Shown: positions 1-12,682 of the stretch, in pieces
Numbering within the stretch: the stretch's first letter is position 1
How the letters are laid out: every line of letters begins with the position of its first letter
Assembly (NCBI GenBank): GCA_951406725.2
Contig: OX597817.1
Coordinates: forward strand, 104,656,001 to 104,720,000
Origin: Octopus vulgaris
Taxonomy: Eukaryota
Direction of reading: 5' to 3'
Length of the DNA: 64,000 nucleotides
The notes under the pieces: model-generated
Database searches by the model: none
Told to the model about the DNA's origin: nothing
What the model saw: only the letters and a program-made list of their open reading frames with translations
Program-made: the position numbers and the translations under genes

Positions 1-1943
1 CTTAAATTATTGACACATTATTAATTATCTTATAACAGCAATGCCTGGAAAAATCATGGATTACATGGTAAAATGTGAGCATGAAAAGTCATATTCTTAA
101 GATTATAAACATGGAAAAGTTCAGGACAAGTTATTACACCTGTAAAAGTATAGGACAAGCTATTACTTCTAGTAAAGTAAAGGATAAGGAACATTTTACT
201 TAAAATATTGCAGCTAAAATTAAAATTTGAATATTAAAAAATATTTTATTATAGTTTACAAATAACACTATACTTATGTAAGTAAAATTTGGCTAATTTA
301 CTACCTTAAATACAGAAAAAAGTGACTAATTAGACAAACTTACAAATTAGCTGAACAGTTTTGTAGAATAAATTTAAAAGATGAGAACTGTAAAGAGTGA
401 TAAATTAGAAGAAATGGCATTCTTTGCTGCAATATTTTAAGTAAAAAGTTTCTACTTTTATATCTATAATACAAATTGGACATGGGTGATCATTGTATTC
501 TTTGTTGTCTTGGGGTTTACAGCCAAACGGCTGGGTGGATTCGCGTGAAAAATGGCACACATGTGGAGATGGTTGCATAGATTGGAATGCAGTTTGTATT
601 TTTTCCTAGCCCCCATAGTTACCGAGAAGATCGATTAAAACCTTTTTCTAATGGAATTCCCGTTTCTTCCGCCATTAAAACAACCAGTTGCTCACACAGC
701 CGGCATATACCATTTCACTAGCAACAAGGGCAGTACAGGATGACAGTCAGCCAAAACTTTCACTATGCTGTCTCTCTTCTTTTACCTCTTTGTGTGGTTA
801 ATAATCTTAATCTTTAGTTACAGTCTCTCATTCAAACTACATAATAGGCAGAATTGTCGGATTAAGACAGTATGGTGTTTTGAGGGAGATTTGGCTGCTA
901 TTTCTACCAGGTCTAGCTACGATGTAGAGGTCTGAACTTAATTTTCATTCACATGTTTGCATTTCAACAATTTAACAATCTTTTCCATAAATCAACTATC
1001 ATAAAATTTTATACAATGACATACACACACGCATGCACGCGCACACATATCTATTTCATATATCAGCTTTCAATTTCTGTTCTCTGCAAATAAAATTTTT
1101 ACGGATACAACTGCCTACGAAAATAGGGATTAATATATAATTTCTTTCTATGTTCATAATTAAATCAATGTTTTAATTAGACAGAGGTCCAATAGAATAG
1201 CTCTCAGAAACAGACTATGTACAAATCCGTTCCTCACAACTCCTGAAGCTGTTTTCTGACAAGGATGGGGGGTGGTCCAGGAAATTTTCATACAGCTGGA
1301 GGCTCCAATCAAAACAGGGGACCCGAAATGATAAGGTTGAGAAACGCTGTTATAGATTATGCCTAATCGGAAACGATCACAGCCACATCATCCAAACAGA
1401 CCAGATGAAACCGGGCTTAGCTGCTAGTATTACATATCAATTTGGTACATTTTCTAAGTAGCCATTTAGTATTCCACCCATTTAAAAACTTCAAAAGTAA
1501 TATCAAATATCCAAGACATACAACCATTTTAAAATATGATTTCCTTTGTCTTTTTTATTGAAATATAATACTAAGCTCACTTAGTACATATATCTCTGAG
1601 CACTTAACATGCTAGTTATTGAGATAAGGTCAGTATTAAATATTATCCATATAAATAAATTTAAAACAGGTATAGAGTCAATAAATTCAAGAAACTAGAA
1701 ATATACTGCATGAAAACTAAGTAATAAACCTGTCTGCTGCAATATTAAATTTCCTGTCAGGTGAAATGCATTCAACCTTAAAATATATCAATTACATATA
1801 AAAATAGTTTTGTATCTTACACAGCCATACAAACTTAGATAATTACTTAGATAACTTATTACATACTAATTAAACATTTTTAACTATCATGCTGAAAGAG
1901 CTGAAGTGAAAACTTGAAAAATATTTTGATCATATAAACTTAC

Positions 1944-2057
1944 CTTCCCAAAGGAACCTTGTCCAAGGACTTTTAATAAGTCAAAATATGACTGATCTAC
2001 TTTTTCACCTTCCTTTTGTATATTTGTGATATTTACTTCCCGAACTGAGTCATCATT
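1944..2057 (-). CDS. RPS6KA3: RSK exon 3: start of N-terminal kinase domain with glycine loop ([38 protein letters not shown])
   Basis: Acceptor TATTTTTGCAG|, donor AAG|GTAAGT, 38 codons. F[13 protein letters not shown] is the RSK N-terminal kinase signature. Later exons were not found in 1-1943 and presumably lie outside the window. Confidence 0.93.
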
Positions 2058-2880
2058 CTGCAAAAATATAGAGTTGAGCATTAAATTCTGTTGCTCAATA
2101 TTCTGTAAATTATTGAAACTTCAATTTGAACATTATTGTAAACAAAGGAATGAGAAAAATATTTGCACGGAAATAGTTTAGTTTCCAACTTTATCTTTAT
2201 TTTGTTTACGTAATATCAGTACTACCTGTGTTTAGCTCAATAGGGTGAGTTGATAAACACCAAGATATATGATATTAGGATATGAGTAAGTTGATACCAG
2301 TGATCATTGTTCATTCACTTTCTCGGCATCCTCCAGTGTATACCATTGTGTACTTCAGGAATTTATGATAATTTCTTTCATATGTCATACAATATCAGTC
2401 TTCTGTTAGTTGATACCTTTTGTAACAAATACCTCAAAAACCTTGTTATTCTTTTATTATGAATCAAGTACATTGATTTGTTTTTGTAGGTTACCTTACT
2501 AGAAAGGAAATAAAATAAAAAGTACAATAAAAACAACTCTGATAAAAGTATTAACAGAAAATCACTAAGATCTTTTCCATTTGAAATAATATTTTTAGTA
2601 TAAGCAATTATTACACTATTTTACATAGTTAAACGTAAATTTTATATATATTTATTACAGAATTATTAGTGTAACAGAACATGATTAAGAGTAATAACAA
2701 AAAAGAGAAAACTATTTCCAGTTTATAGATTAAAATGTATGCATCTTAATATAGTTAGATCAGCATATTTTACAGGCTGGATGCAGGATTATAAGAGACT
2801 GATTAACTGTTGTGTGTCTGTGCTTCCATCATCATTCACACCATCTAAAAATTAGATACCAATATTTGTCATGTTTTTTA

Positions 2881-3090
2881 AGGCAGTGTGCTGGCAGAAT
2901 CAATAGCACGCTGGGCAAAATGCTCAGCAGCATTTCATCCGTCTTTACATTTTGAGTTAAAATTCCACCAAGGTTGACTTTGCCTTTCATCCTTTTGGGG
3001 TCAATAAAATAAGTATCAATTAAGCACTGGGGTTCTTAAACTCCTCCCTTGAAATTGTTGGCCTTCTGCCAAAATTAGGTAGCAATATTT
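2881..3090 (+). mobile_element. tRNA-derived SINE family A (core GACTTTGCCTTTCATCC, Nin/Deu-like); other copies ~25781-25985 (+), 32826-33045 (+), 19960-20140 (-), 58683-58900 (-)
   Basis: Repeated head GAGCTGGCAGAA..GTTCAAATT and shared core across copies. Family naming is from memory. Confidence 0.75.
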
Positions 3091-4778
3091 GCTATATTCA
3101 TTCTTGCTCTATTTCAGAAATTACTGAAACATTCTTCACCAATGATTATTAAACAATACTAAAAACTCTTTTTGTTTCCAAAGACGAGGGGTGAAATTTG
3201 GCTTTTTTAAGCAAATTATTCAGATATTAAGTATGAGGCCCACTTCTGTTAAATGTGTCTTATATTGGGCAAACTATGAGCTCTACAAAAAATTAAGCCA
3301 TTTACAGAACAAAAATGAACAGCAACAGAAATATGTTTATATACAGATATATATTTGCTTTAATAGTCACATGAGTAAATTGCATTCAAATATTGACCAT
3401 ATATTTAGTTAGTTCAAACAATTGAGTTCTGGTCAAGACAAAATCATATTTCCTTTTCTTATCATTTGTTGACTTTTTTGGTTATTATTAGGTCTTCTAT
3501 ATAATGAAATGGGTGTGGAGTGAATGTAAGCATAATTGTGTCTCAGGTTTTTAGTATTGAGCGACAATTATATTTTATTTTATATTTGTTTCATTCATTA
3601 GATTGTGGCCATGCAGGGGCACCACCTTGAAGAACTTTTAGTCAAACTTATTGATCCAAATGCTTGATATTTTTGCAAAGCTTGGTACTTATTCTATTGG
3701 TCTCTTTTAGTGAACTGCTAAATTACAAGGATGTAAACACACCAACATTGGGTGACAGGGGGGGGGGTAAACACACACACACACACACAAATGACAGGCT
3801 TCTTTCAGTTTTTGTTTACCAAATTCACTCACAAGGCTTTGCTCAGCCTGAGGCTATAGCAGAAGACACTTGCCCAAGGTACTACACAATGGGGCTGAAC
3901 CCAGAACCATGGAGTTGGGAAGCAAACTTCTTACCACACCTGCACCTGCATTATATAAACAGTTTCAAGAGTAGAAAATTGGTCTTATTAGAAGACAAAA
4001 TGGGAGGTGCAAGCAGTCAATTCTCAGAATGAACAATTTTATATAATGTTTAACATGAATTTTAAGGATGAAAAAGCAGCAGAGAGATTAATGTATAAAG
4101 TAAGATTAAATTGCAGTCAGAATTTGCACTGTAGCAATGGAAAAGGACAAAAGAAATAGGTCCAACAATCACTGAGTAGAAGCTTTTCAGTAAGGATATG
4201 CTTATAGATAATGTAGATGGTTTCCTTCTGAATATTCTCTGGTGTGCCAATGACAAAGTGTGGAGAATTGAAAGCTATGTTTCATATAGCTTTTTAGACA
4301 GTCAGAAGCAGGGCTGCAGCAACAATACTAATGATACATTAAGTACCTTCAATTCCAACCCCTCTATTCACAATTAGATCAATCATATAGTTAAGTTGAT
4401 TGAAAGCACTCGTCATACACGGCCAAAGCACACTAACATGTTTAAGTGTGGATTTACTAGTATAACTATGTGATTGTTATATATTATTTATGAAAGATGT
4501 TACGAGCAATTAAGCATAACTCAAATCTTACAAAATTAAAACAGAAACTGTTTTTTATGAGAAGGATTAGAAGATAAAAACATTAAAAAAATAAACTGAA
4601 CAAAAAAAAAAATGATAAAAAAACAATCAGGACCATATTTGTTTACCAGTTCAAAATTCTCAAGTGCATAAAAGTTAAAACTAAGACTGAACATATAAAG
4701 CAACTTAGATAACAATTTTAATAGAAATAAATTCAGTTAGATGCAGAATTTTTCCTTTTTGAAATAATATTTAAGTAT

Positions 4779-5030
4779 AAACAACTGCAGCATGGAAGGT
4801 GTTTATAAGCCATTTAAAAATTCCATGCTGCAGCATGGAATTTTGTCAGTGAACAGATCACGGTTTCAAAGCGACAAAAATATTTTAACAAATTAAATTT
4901 AAATACTGAAGTAAATCTAACAGTTTTTGTGTGTTTTTAAATGGCTTATAAACATCCATGCTGCAATTGTTTTTGTTTCAGCACATGATCTCAGATCAGG
5001 TCACTAGCTATGCAAGTATATTTCTGTAAT
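4779..5030. mobile_element. Fold-back MITE-like element
   Basis: ~40-bp inverted repeat TGCAGCATGGA..TGTTTATAAGCCATTTAAAAA (4786-4820) versus TTTTTAAATGGCTTATAAACATCCATGCTGCA (~4934-4965). Confidence 0.55.
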
Positions 5031-5095
5031 AATTTAAATATAAAATTTAAGTAAATATAACAGAAAAGATAACATTAAATGAAAATTTTACTGTA

Positions 5096-6386
5096 CGAGG
5101 GGCGTTCAATAAGTAATGCCCCTGACCTACTTGCAGTTGTTTGATCTAGCTGAAATTTTGCATGTGCAATTATTTATATCTCTATAGAATAAGTGGCAAA
5201 TAACAGCTCTGAACCAATTGTGGTTTCTGATTTACAAGTGTTTGAACTGAGCCAAGTGTGAAATGGAGCCTGTTGAGTGTCGAGCAATGATCCGGTTTTT
5301 GTATTTGAAAGGACACACACCACGGGAGACTTTTGATAAAATGAAAGTAACTTATGGTGATGATGCCCCATCATATGACCTTGTAAAACGCTGGCATCGG
5401 GAATTCAAACATGGTCGGAACTCTGTGGAAACAGCTCCCAGATCTGGTCACCCTCCTTCTGCCATTGATGAGGCATCTGTCCATCAAGTTGAGGCTGCCA
5501 TTTTGGAAGATCAACGCATAACTATTCGTCAAATAGCCCATGAGGTCAAGATTAGTACCAGGTCTGTGGAAACTATTATTCATGACCATTTGCATATGCA
5601 AAAGGTGTCTGCCAGATGGATTCCCAGGTTGCTCACACCTTTCCAGAAGCAAGAACGTGTCGAGTGCACGAGGATGAATTTGGAGAAGTGCCAAGAAGAT
5701 GAGTCAACATTTTTCAAAAGACTGATTACACAGCATGAAACCTGGGTCCATCACTATGCTCCAGAGACCAAAGCCCAGTCAATGCAGTGGAAGCACCGTG
5801 ACTCACCTCCTCCAAAGAAGGCAAGGGTGCAGCCCTCCACTGGCAAGGTCATGCTCACAGTCTTCTGGGACCAGGACAGAGTAGTGATGACAGATTTCCT
5901 GGCAAAGGGTACCACAATTACAGGAGCCTATTATGCTTCCCTTTTGAGGAAATTAAGAGAAGCTATCAAAATCAAGAGGCGGGGCAAGATCAGCAAAGGC
6001 ATCCTCCTCCTGCAGGACAACACTCCGGTCCACAACTCGTGTGTCGCCAGATCAGAAGCACAGGCGTGCGGCTATGAACTCCTCCCCATCCCCCCTACTC
6101 TCCTGACCTTGCACCCTTGGATTTTCACCTTCCCAGCCATGAAGTTGTTTTTGAAAGGAAAGCGTTTCCCAGATGATGCAGCCTTGATTTCTGAAGTCAC
6201 GTCGTGGTTGGAGGACCAAGCTGGAGTCTTCTACAAAAACGGTTCTCCAGAGCAGCATCAAACGATGGGAGAAATGCGTAACTCTGGGTGGTTCCTATGT
6301 AGAAAAAGACTAATAACTGTGCCAAGTTTCGTTGCTCTACTGCTGTGGGAAGTGGGTCAGGGCCATTACTTATTGAACGCCCCTCG
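5096..6386 (+). mobile_element. Near full-length mariner DNA transposon, defective transposase (ORF from 5263)
   Basis: TIRs CGAGGGGCGTTCAATAAGTAATG / CATTACTTATTGAACGCCCCTCG, TA on both sides. HTH region and WIPRLL motif present. First catalytic Asp appears as His (ITQHETW), QDN intact, YSPDLAP motif out of frame near 6090. Confidence 0.95.
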
Positions 6387-6566
6387 TAAATACCAAAATG
6401 TTTATTGCTACAAAATTTATTAAAAAAGAACCTAGTATCTATAGAATAAGAGTTAAAATGTAAACCCAAAGTTTACTAACATCTTAGAATTGTTTCTACC
6501 AGATCCTACTTTAAAGATGCCTTTAAATGTGATTTATTTTCAGTGCAGAAAATAGTCAAATTAATA

Positions 6567-7793
6567 TCAGGTTGTCAAGAAAGTTCTTGCGGAATTTTTA
6601 ATTTTGGTTTTAAATGATGAATTTTCAAATTAATTTTCGTTAAATTACTTTGACTTTATATCATTTTAAAGCCCTTTTTTCTCTATCTAATTACGTTATT
6701 CATTTCCTTTTTGAATAATTAGGCTTTTTTTCCGGAACATTGAATACAACATGGACAAAAAGCAAATTTGCACAATTTTCTTATTCCAGTTCAAGCTAGG
6801 ACGAAAAGCTGCTGAACAGCTCGTGATATCAACGATGTGTTTGGCCCAGGAACCACTAATGAATGTACAGCACAATGGTGGTTCAAGAAATTTTATGGCA
6901 GTGACCAAGAGTCTTGAAGATGATAGGTCAGCCATCGGATGTTGACAATGATCAACTAAGAGCCTTAGTCGAAGCCAACTGTTCGAGAGCTTGCTTCTGA
7001 ATTAGACGTAACATATACGACAATTTCCAACCAATTGAAAGAGATTGGAAAAACAAAAATACTTGAGAAATGGGTGCTACACGAATTGAACAACAACCAA
7101 AAAAAACACCATTTTGTAGTGTTGTCTTCCCTTCTTTTACACAACAAGAACGACCCGTTTCTCGACGAGATTGTGACCTGCAATGAAAAGTGGATTCTTT
7201 ACGACAACCGGCAATGCTCAGCTCAGTGGTTGGACACTGATGAAGCTCCACAGCACTTCCTGAAGCCGAAGTTGTACCAAAAGATGGTCATGGTGACTGT
7301 TTGGTGGTCTGCAGCTGGTCTCATCCAACACAGCTTTTTGGATCCAGGTGAAACCATTACAGCAGAGAAGTACTGTCAGCAATTGGATGAAATACACAAG
7401 AAACTCCAACAACAACAGCCAGCATTGGTCAATAGAAAAGGACCAATTCTTCTCCACGACAACACTCGGCCGCACGTCACACAACTGACCCTGCAGAAGT
7501 TGAACGAATTAGGCTATGAAACTACCTTACTCACCAGACCTCTCGCCTACTGACTACCACTTTTTCAAGCATCTCGACAACTTCCTGCATGAGAAATGCC
7601 TCAAAAACCAAGACAATGCCAAACACGCCTTCAACAACTTCATTGCCACCAGAACGGAGGATTTTTACGCTACTGGCATAAATAAACTTGTTTCTGATGG
7701 CGTTTATTTCGATTAATAAAGTTTTGTTTGAGCCGAGCTATGTGCATCTGAATTTAAAGGTTAAAAACCACAAGAACTTTCTTGACAACCTAA
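6567..7793 (+). mobile_element. Hsmar1/SETMAR-like mariner, frameshifted
   Basis: TIRs (T)CAGGTTGTCAAGAAAGTTCTTG / CAAGAACTTTCTTGACAACCTAA with TA flanks. ORF pieces MDKKQI..LFQFKLG, WVLHEL, TCNEKW, LLHDNTRPH, PYSPDLSPTDY. Confidence 0.93.
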
Positions 7794-9816
7794 TAACTGT
7801 GAAATTGAATATGCTAAAGATGCATTACTCATCATATGACAGGTAACTTTAGAAGTTTACTTTTGATTACCATTGGGTAATATCAAGAAACATGGAATAC
7901 ATGCAATAATTTGACTTTTATTGAATTTCATGGTGGCTGTACAAAATAATGAAATGAATACTAAAGTCCTTAATGAAAGAAATAAGATCAAAGAGTTGAA
8001 TTACTTCAGAAATCTGGAGAACAAAAAGGAGTTTTAGCCTGTGAAATTACTATGTTAGAATGATAATGGATTTAGGATGGTGGATAATATTTAGGCATAA
8101 TTTTTACCCCTGAAGCTGGTGTAAAGGGTATATTTGTAGCAGTTGGTGATGCAAACAGGATAGAGATTTGTACTTATATATTTAGATGTAGCGGTAATGC
8201 ATATGGGAGGGCATCCAGGTCTGTGTGAATTGCAACTATGTAAATGTAGTGGAAGGCAGATTTTCTAGTAAATAATCACAATATTCTTGTCTACATTATT
8301 CACAGTTATTATTGTTAGTTAACTAGTCAAGAAATTGAAATCTTGGATACTGCTCATTGAAATATACCCTAACAGTAAGAGGAAGCATAATGTTGGGCTT
8401 AATGAAGAGAATACAAAATTATCCAGCAGCTGATAAGATTAAGTCTTGAACTATATAGTGTTAGTTTACTCGTTTGCTGCAAGCATCCAGAACAAAAATA
8501 CTAGAATAATTGTTAAAGTTATAATTAGTCTGAGAATTTTTTTTTCTTTAATTGGATTAGTCAGGAGAGGAGGAATAGCAGACATAGCTTTCTCAGGGCA
8601 TCCAAGACCAGTGAGAGGAAAGTCACCTCTGACTAGAGAACTTGCTTAAATGCTTGTTAAAGTTAACCAAGAACAATTCCTCCAATGAGCTTCCATGTGG
8701 TTTCCAGCCACCAAATTTCACATACAAGGCTTTAGTCGACTTGACACAATGATAGAAGATATTTGCCCATGGTGCTATACATTGGCAGTGAACTTGAAAC
8801 CATGTAATTGTAAAGCAATTACAGAATCATGCTTAATACAGTAAAATAGTAACATACCAAAGTTTTAAATTAAGATATGTATATTTCACTACACTTAGTG
8901 TCCACAACTTTTCTTTGTATTTCCTTTAAATTTACACATGCATACATTTTTGCGAGAGCACAAATAACAAAACTATTGCTCTTTAACCCCAGAATAGGGC
9001 CTCCTCTTTCATTCTAGATTCTCTCATATTCAAGGTCTGGTTAACTAATCTAGATTGCACTTTGATTAAGGAGGGTTTTGGTGCCTCTACCTCTCTTCAA
9101 AAGATACCACATATTTCTTAAAATCAAAGCATATGAAATGTCATGGGTTTGACAGATGTGATACATTATTACCCTAACACTCAAATATTCTCAAAATATA
9201 TCTAGACAACTTTTCCCAAGTTTTTATTAGGTGAAATCTACAGCAAGTTTTCTCTATTACTAATCCCCAACTAGTATACTTAATGTTACACAAATGTGTT
9301 ATACACCAGTTTCATCAATGTGTGGCAGAGTGTTCAAATTTTCCAATTGGTTATACTCTCTTACTTTACTAACTTTCAGTTTCTGTTTTAAGTTTAGTTA
9401 TTTTGAAGATATTTGTTAATTATTTTTTCTATTTTATAGACATAATAATTCCCTGTGTGTGTATAAATGGTTAAATTTGTTACAGAAGAAAATGGCAAAA
9501 AACAATGCTAGATTTACAGAACCTGGATGCAATATTACAAATTCAAATGCGAGTTAAACTGCAGAAGCTGATCAACTCACAACAAAAACATCAAATCTTC
9601 TTTGCAATATTAATTTACTTTAGCTCATAAGCAAGAAGAGCACTATCCAGTATACTTAATTTGTAATAAAAATTTGGAAAGTAAATATATGACGCCTCCT
9701 AAATTAGAAATATATTTAAGAAATACTTCTAGACAATGAAGGTTTCCTTGATACTAGGCATGCAGGCATACTAGACAAACATTTTATCCTGAACTTTTTT
9801 TTTATGCATGAAGTAG

Positions 9817-12519
9817 CCAGGGCTACCCGATGGACAGAAAGACAGTTTCTATGACACCCTACTGCAGACCACCTCATTGACGAACGACAGGGACCTTCTC
9901 TTTGTGGCTGGTGATTTCAATGGGCATGTTGGACGACATGCTGGGGGCTTCCATGGCGTACATGGAGGCTACGGTTATGGTTCCCGCAACGAGGAGGGAA
10001 CCAGGCTGCTGGAGTTCTGCGATGCGAATAGTCTTATGGTCTGCAACACTAACTTCAGGAAACCAACAAGCCACCTGGTCACCTACCGATCGGGCCGGCA
10101 TACTAGCCAAATCAACTACATCCTTGCCAGAAAAAGGGAAAGATGGCTGCTTATAAATGCCAAAACCTTCCCAGGCGAAGAATGCACTCCACAACATAGA
10201 CTGGTAGTTAGTGACTTTAGGATGAGGACTAAGAGGGTGACTAGAAGACAACCAACATGGAGAAGAAGGGTCTGGAAGCTTAAAGACCCTGCAAATGGAC
10301 AGAGATTTAGAGATATGTTACTTGAAGCCTTTGACGAAGTGGAAGGGGATATAGCTACACATGGGGTAGAAGACAACTGGACGTTTCTGAAGGACAACCT
10401 GCTGAAAGCCACTGACCAGATCTGTGGCTGGTGCAAAGTCCCCTTAAGACCCAAAATAACGTGGTGGTGGAACAATATTGTTGACAGGGCTATTAGACAA
10501 AAGAAACAGGCTTGGAAGGCCTGGAAGAACGGTGGTAGCAGGGAAGTGTATCAGACTGCCAGAAGGGAAGCTAGGAGACAGGTCTATCTAGCCAGAGGGG
10601 AAGCAGATAAGAGAAAATTTGCCAATGTCCTGCGCCGTGAGGATGAAAGACTTGAGGTATTTCGTGTTGCAAGACAGTGTGTGAGAGAGAATCGTGATGT
10701 GGTAGGAGAGAAATGTGTTCGCATGGAGGATGGTTCACTTGCGCTAAATGAGGATGCAAAGAGAGAAGCTTGGAGACGCCACTATGAAAGGTTGCTGAAT
10801 GAGGAAAATGAATGGGATAAAGAGAGTCTGCCGAATGTTGACCCAACAGAGGGACCAGCTATCCGAGTTGATAGTTCCGTGGTAGCTAAGGCAATTAGAA
10901 GCATGAAGACAGGGAAAGCCCCAGGCCCATCAGGAATTACTGCAGAGATGCTCAAAATATCTGGTAGTGTCGGCTATAGCATAGTCACCCGTATAGTTAA
11001 CCAGGTGATACACGAAGGAGTCATACCCAATGACTGGTGTAGCAGCATAATAGTCAACTGCTACAAAGGTAAAGGCGATGCCCTAGATACAAATAACTAC
11101 AGGGGCATCAAGCTGTTGGATCAGGTAATGAAGGTTACGGAGAGGGTTATTGCCCAGTTAATTAGAGAGAGAGTTAGCTTAGATGATATGCAGTTTGGGT
11201 TCGTGCCAGGGAAAAGTACTACTGATGCTATATTCCTGGTAAGACAGCTGCAGGAGAAATACCTAGCCAAAGGTAAGCCCTTGTACCTGGCTTTTGTTGA
11301 CTTGGAGAAAGCCTTTGACAGGGTCCCCCGATCCCTTATCTGGTGGTCAATGAGGAAACTAGGGATAGATGAATGGTTAGTGAGAGCTGTGCGAGCCATG
11401 TACAGAGACGCAGCTAGTAAGGTGAGGGTTGGCAACGAGTACAGTGAAAAATTCCGGGTAGAGGTTGGGGTCCACCAAGGTTCAGTCCTCAGCCCCCTCC
11501 TATTTATCATAGTCCTCCAGGCAATAACGGAAGAATTTAAGACAGGATGCCCCTGGGAGCTCCTCTATGCTGATGACCTTGCTCTAATTGCTGAGTCACT
11601 ATCAGAACTGGAGGAGAAGTTTCAGGTGTGGAAACAAGGATTAGAATCGAAGGGCCTTAGAATCAACCTAGCCAAAACCAAAGTCCTAATAAGTAGGAAG
11701 GTGGACCAACCACAAACGACTTCAGGTAGATGGCCCTGCTCGATCTGTAAAAAAGGTGTAGGTAGAAACTCTATAAGGTGCACCAAGTGTAAGCTATGGA
11801 CACATAAGAGGTGCAGCAATGTCAAAGGTAGGCTAACTGGGAAGATAGTTTTCGTATGTGGCAGATGCTCAGGAGAAATAAACACTGGAAATGTGCAGAG
11901 ACCAACTTCTACCACGTTCCAGGGAGACAAACTAGAAGTAGTTGATAGCTTCCGCTACCTAGGAGACCAAGTTAGTAGCGGGGGTGAGTGTGCTGAAAGT
12001 GTAACTGCTAGAGTAAGAATAGCCTGGGCAAAGTTTAGAGAGCTCTTACCCCTGCTGGTGACAAAAGGCCTCTCGCTCAGAGTAAAAGGCAGACTTTATG
12101 ATGCATGTGTACGTACAGCCATGCTACATGGTAGTGAAACATGGGCTGTGACTGCTGAGGATATGCGTAAGCTCGCAAGAAATGAAGCCAGTATGCTCCG
12201 ATGGATGTGTAATGTCAGTGTTCATAATCGTCAGAGTGTAAGTACCTTGAGAGAAAAGTTGAACCTAAGAAGTGTCAGTTGTGGTGTGCAAGAGAGACGG
12301 CTGCGCTGGTATGGTCATATGACGAGAATGGCTGAAGATAGTTGTGTGCAAAAGTGCTACACCCTAGCAGTTGAGGGAACCTGTGGAAGAGGTAGACCCA
12401 GGAAAACCTGGGACGAAGTGGTGAAGCACGACCTACGAACTTTAGGTCTCACCAAGGAAATGACTAGAGACCGAGACCTATGGAAGTATGCTGTGCGTGA
12501 GAAGACCCGGCAAGACTAG
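9817..12519 (+). CDS. RTE ORF: C-terminal half of APE endonuclease + reverse transcriptase with embedded PHD finger (no genuine start codon)
   Basis: GDFNGHVG and H...SDF endonuclease motifs, KAPGPSG, DLEKAFD, GVHQGSVLSP, YADD, FRYLG, RLRWYGH, GRGRPRKTW. Frame open from 9817 (PGLPDGQKD) to the stop at 12519. Confidence 0.9.
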   Translation, partial: PGLPDGQKDSFYDTLLQTTSLTNDRDLLFVAGDFNGHVGRHAGGFHGVHGGYGYGSRNEEGTRLLEFCDANSLMVCNTNFRKPTSHLVTYRSGRHTSQINYILARKRERWLLINAKTFPGEECTPQHRLVVSDFRMRTKRVTRRQPTWRRRVWKLKDPANGQRFRDMLLEAFDEVEGDIATHGVEDNWTFLKDNLLKATDQICGWCKVPLRPKITWWWNNIVDRAIRQKKQAWKAWKNGGSREVYQTARREARRQVYLARGEADKRKFANVLRREDERLEVFRVARQCVRENRDVVGEKCVRMEDGSLALNEDAKREAWRRHYERLLNEENEWDKESLPNVDPTEGPAIRVDSSVVAKAIRSMKTGKAPGPSGITAEMLKISGSVGYSIVTRIVNQVIHEGVIPNDWCSSIIVNCYKGKGDALDTNNYRGIKLLDQVMKVTERVIAQLIRERVSLDDMQFGFVPGKSTTDAIFLVRQLQEKYLAKGKPLYLAFVDLEKAFDRVPRSLIWWSMRKLGIDEWLVRAVRAMYRDAASKVRVGNEYSEKFRVEVGVHQGSVLSPLLFIIVLQAITEEFKTGCPWELLYADDLALIAESLSELEEKFQVWKQGLESKGLRINLAKTKVLISRKVDQPQTTSGRWPCSICKKGVGRNSIRCTKCKLWTHKRCSNVKGRLTGKIVFVCGRCSGEINTGNVQRPTSTTFQGDKLEVVDSFRYLGDQVSSGGECAESVTARVRIAWAKFRELLPLLVTKGLSLRVKGRLYDACVRTAMLHGSETWAVTAEDMRKLARNEASMLRWMCNVSVHNRQSVSTLREKLNLRSVSCGVQERRLRWYGHMTRMAEDSCVQKCYTLAVEGTCGRGRPRKTWDEVVKHDLRTLGLTKEMTRDRDLWKYAVREKTRQD

Positions 12520-12682
12520 TCAGGCCATAACCCGTGGCCCCTACCTGGGACGTAGTCAGTCCACCTGTGCATACCTTCCTTCTTGTGATACTTGTGAAGA
12601 CCTGTTGAGGCAAGTGAAAATCAAAAATCAAACAAAATCAAAATAGATGAACATCAATGGAATTTGTATCTTTGTGGTACCA

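Noticed and set aside
478-1428. Helitron-like ends (..CACTAG at ~721; hairpin + CTAGT at ~1427)
   Set aside because: Suggestive only; no 5' end or second copy in the window.
1887-2081. 64-aa standalone ORF
   Set aside because: Only 1944-2057 is exon; the flanks are intron, as shown by the splice sites.
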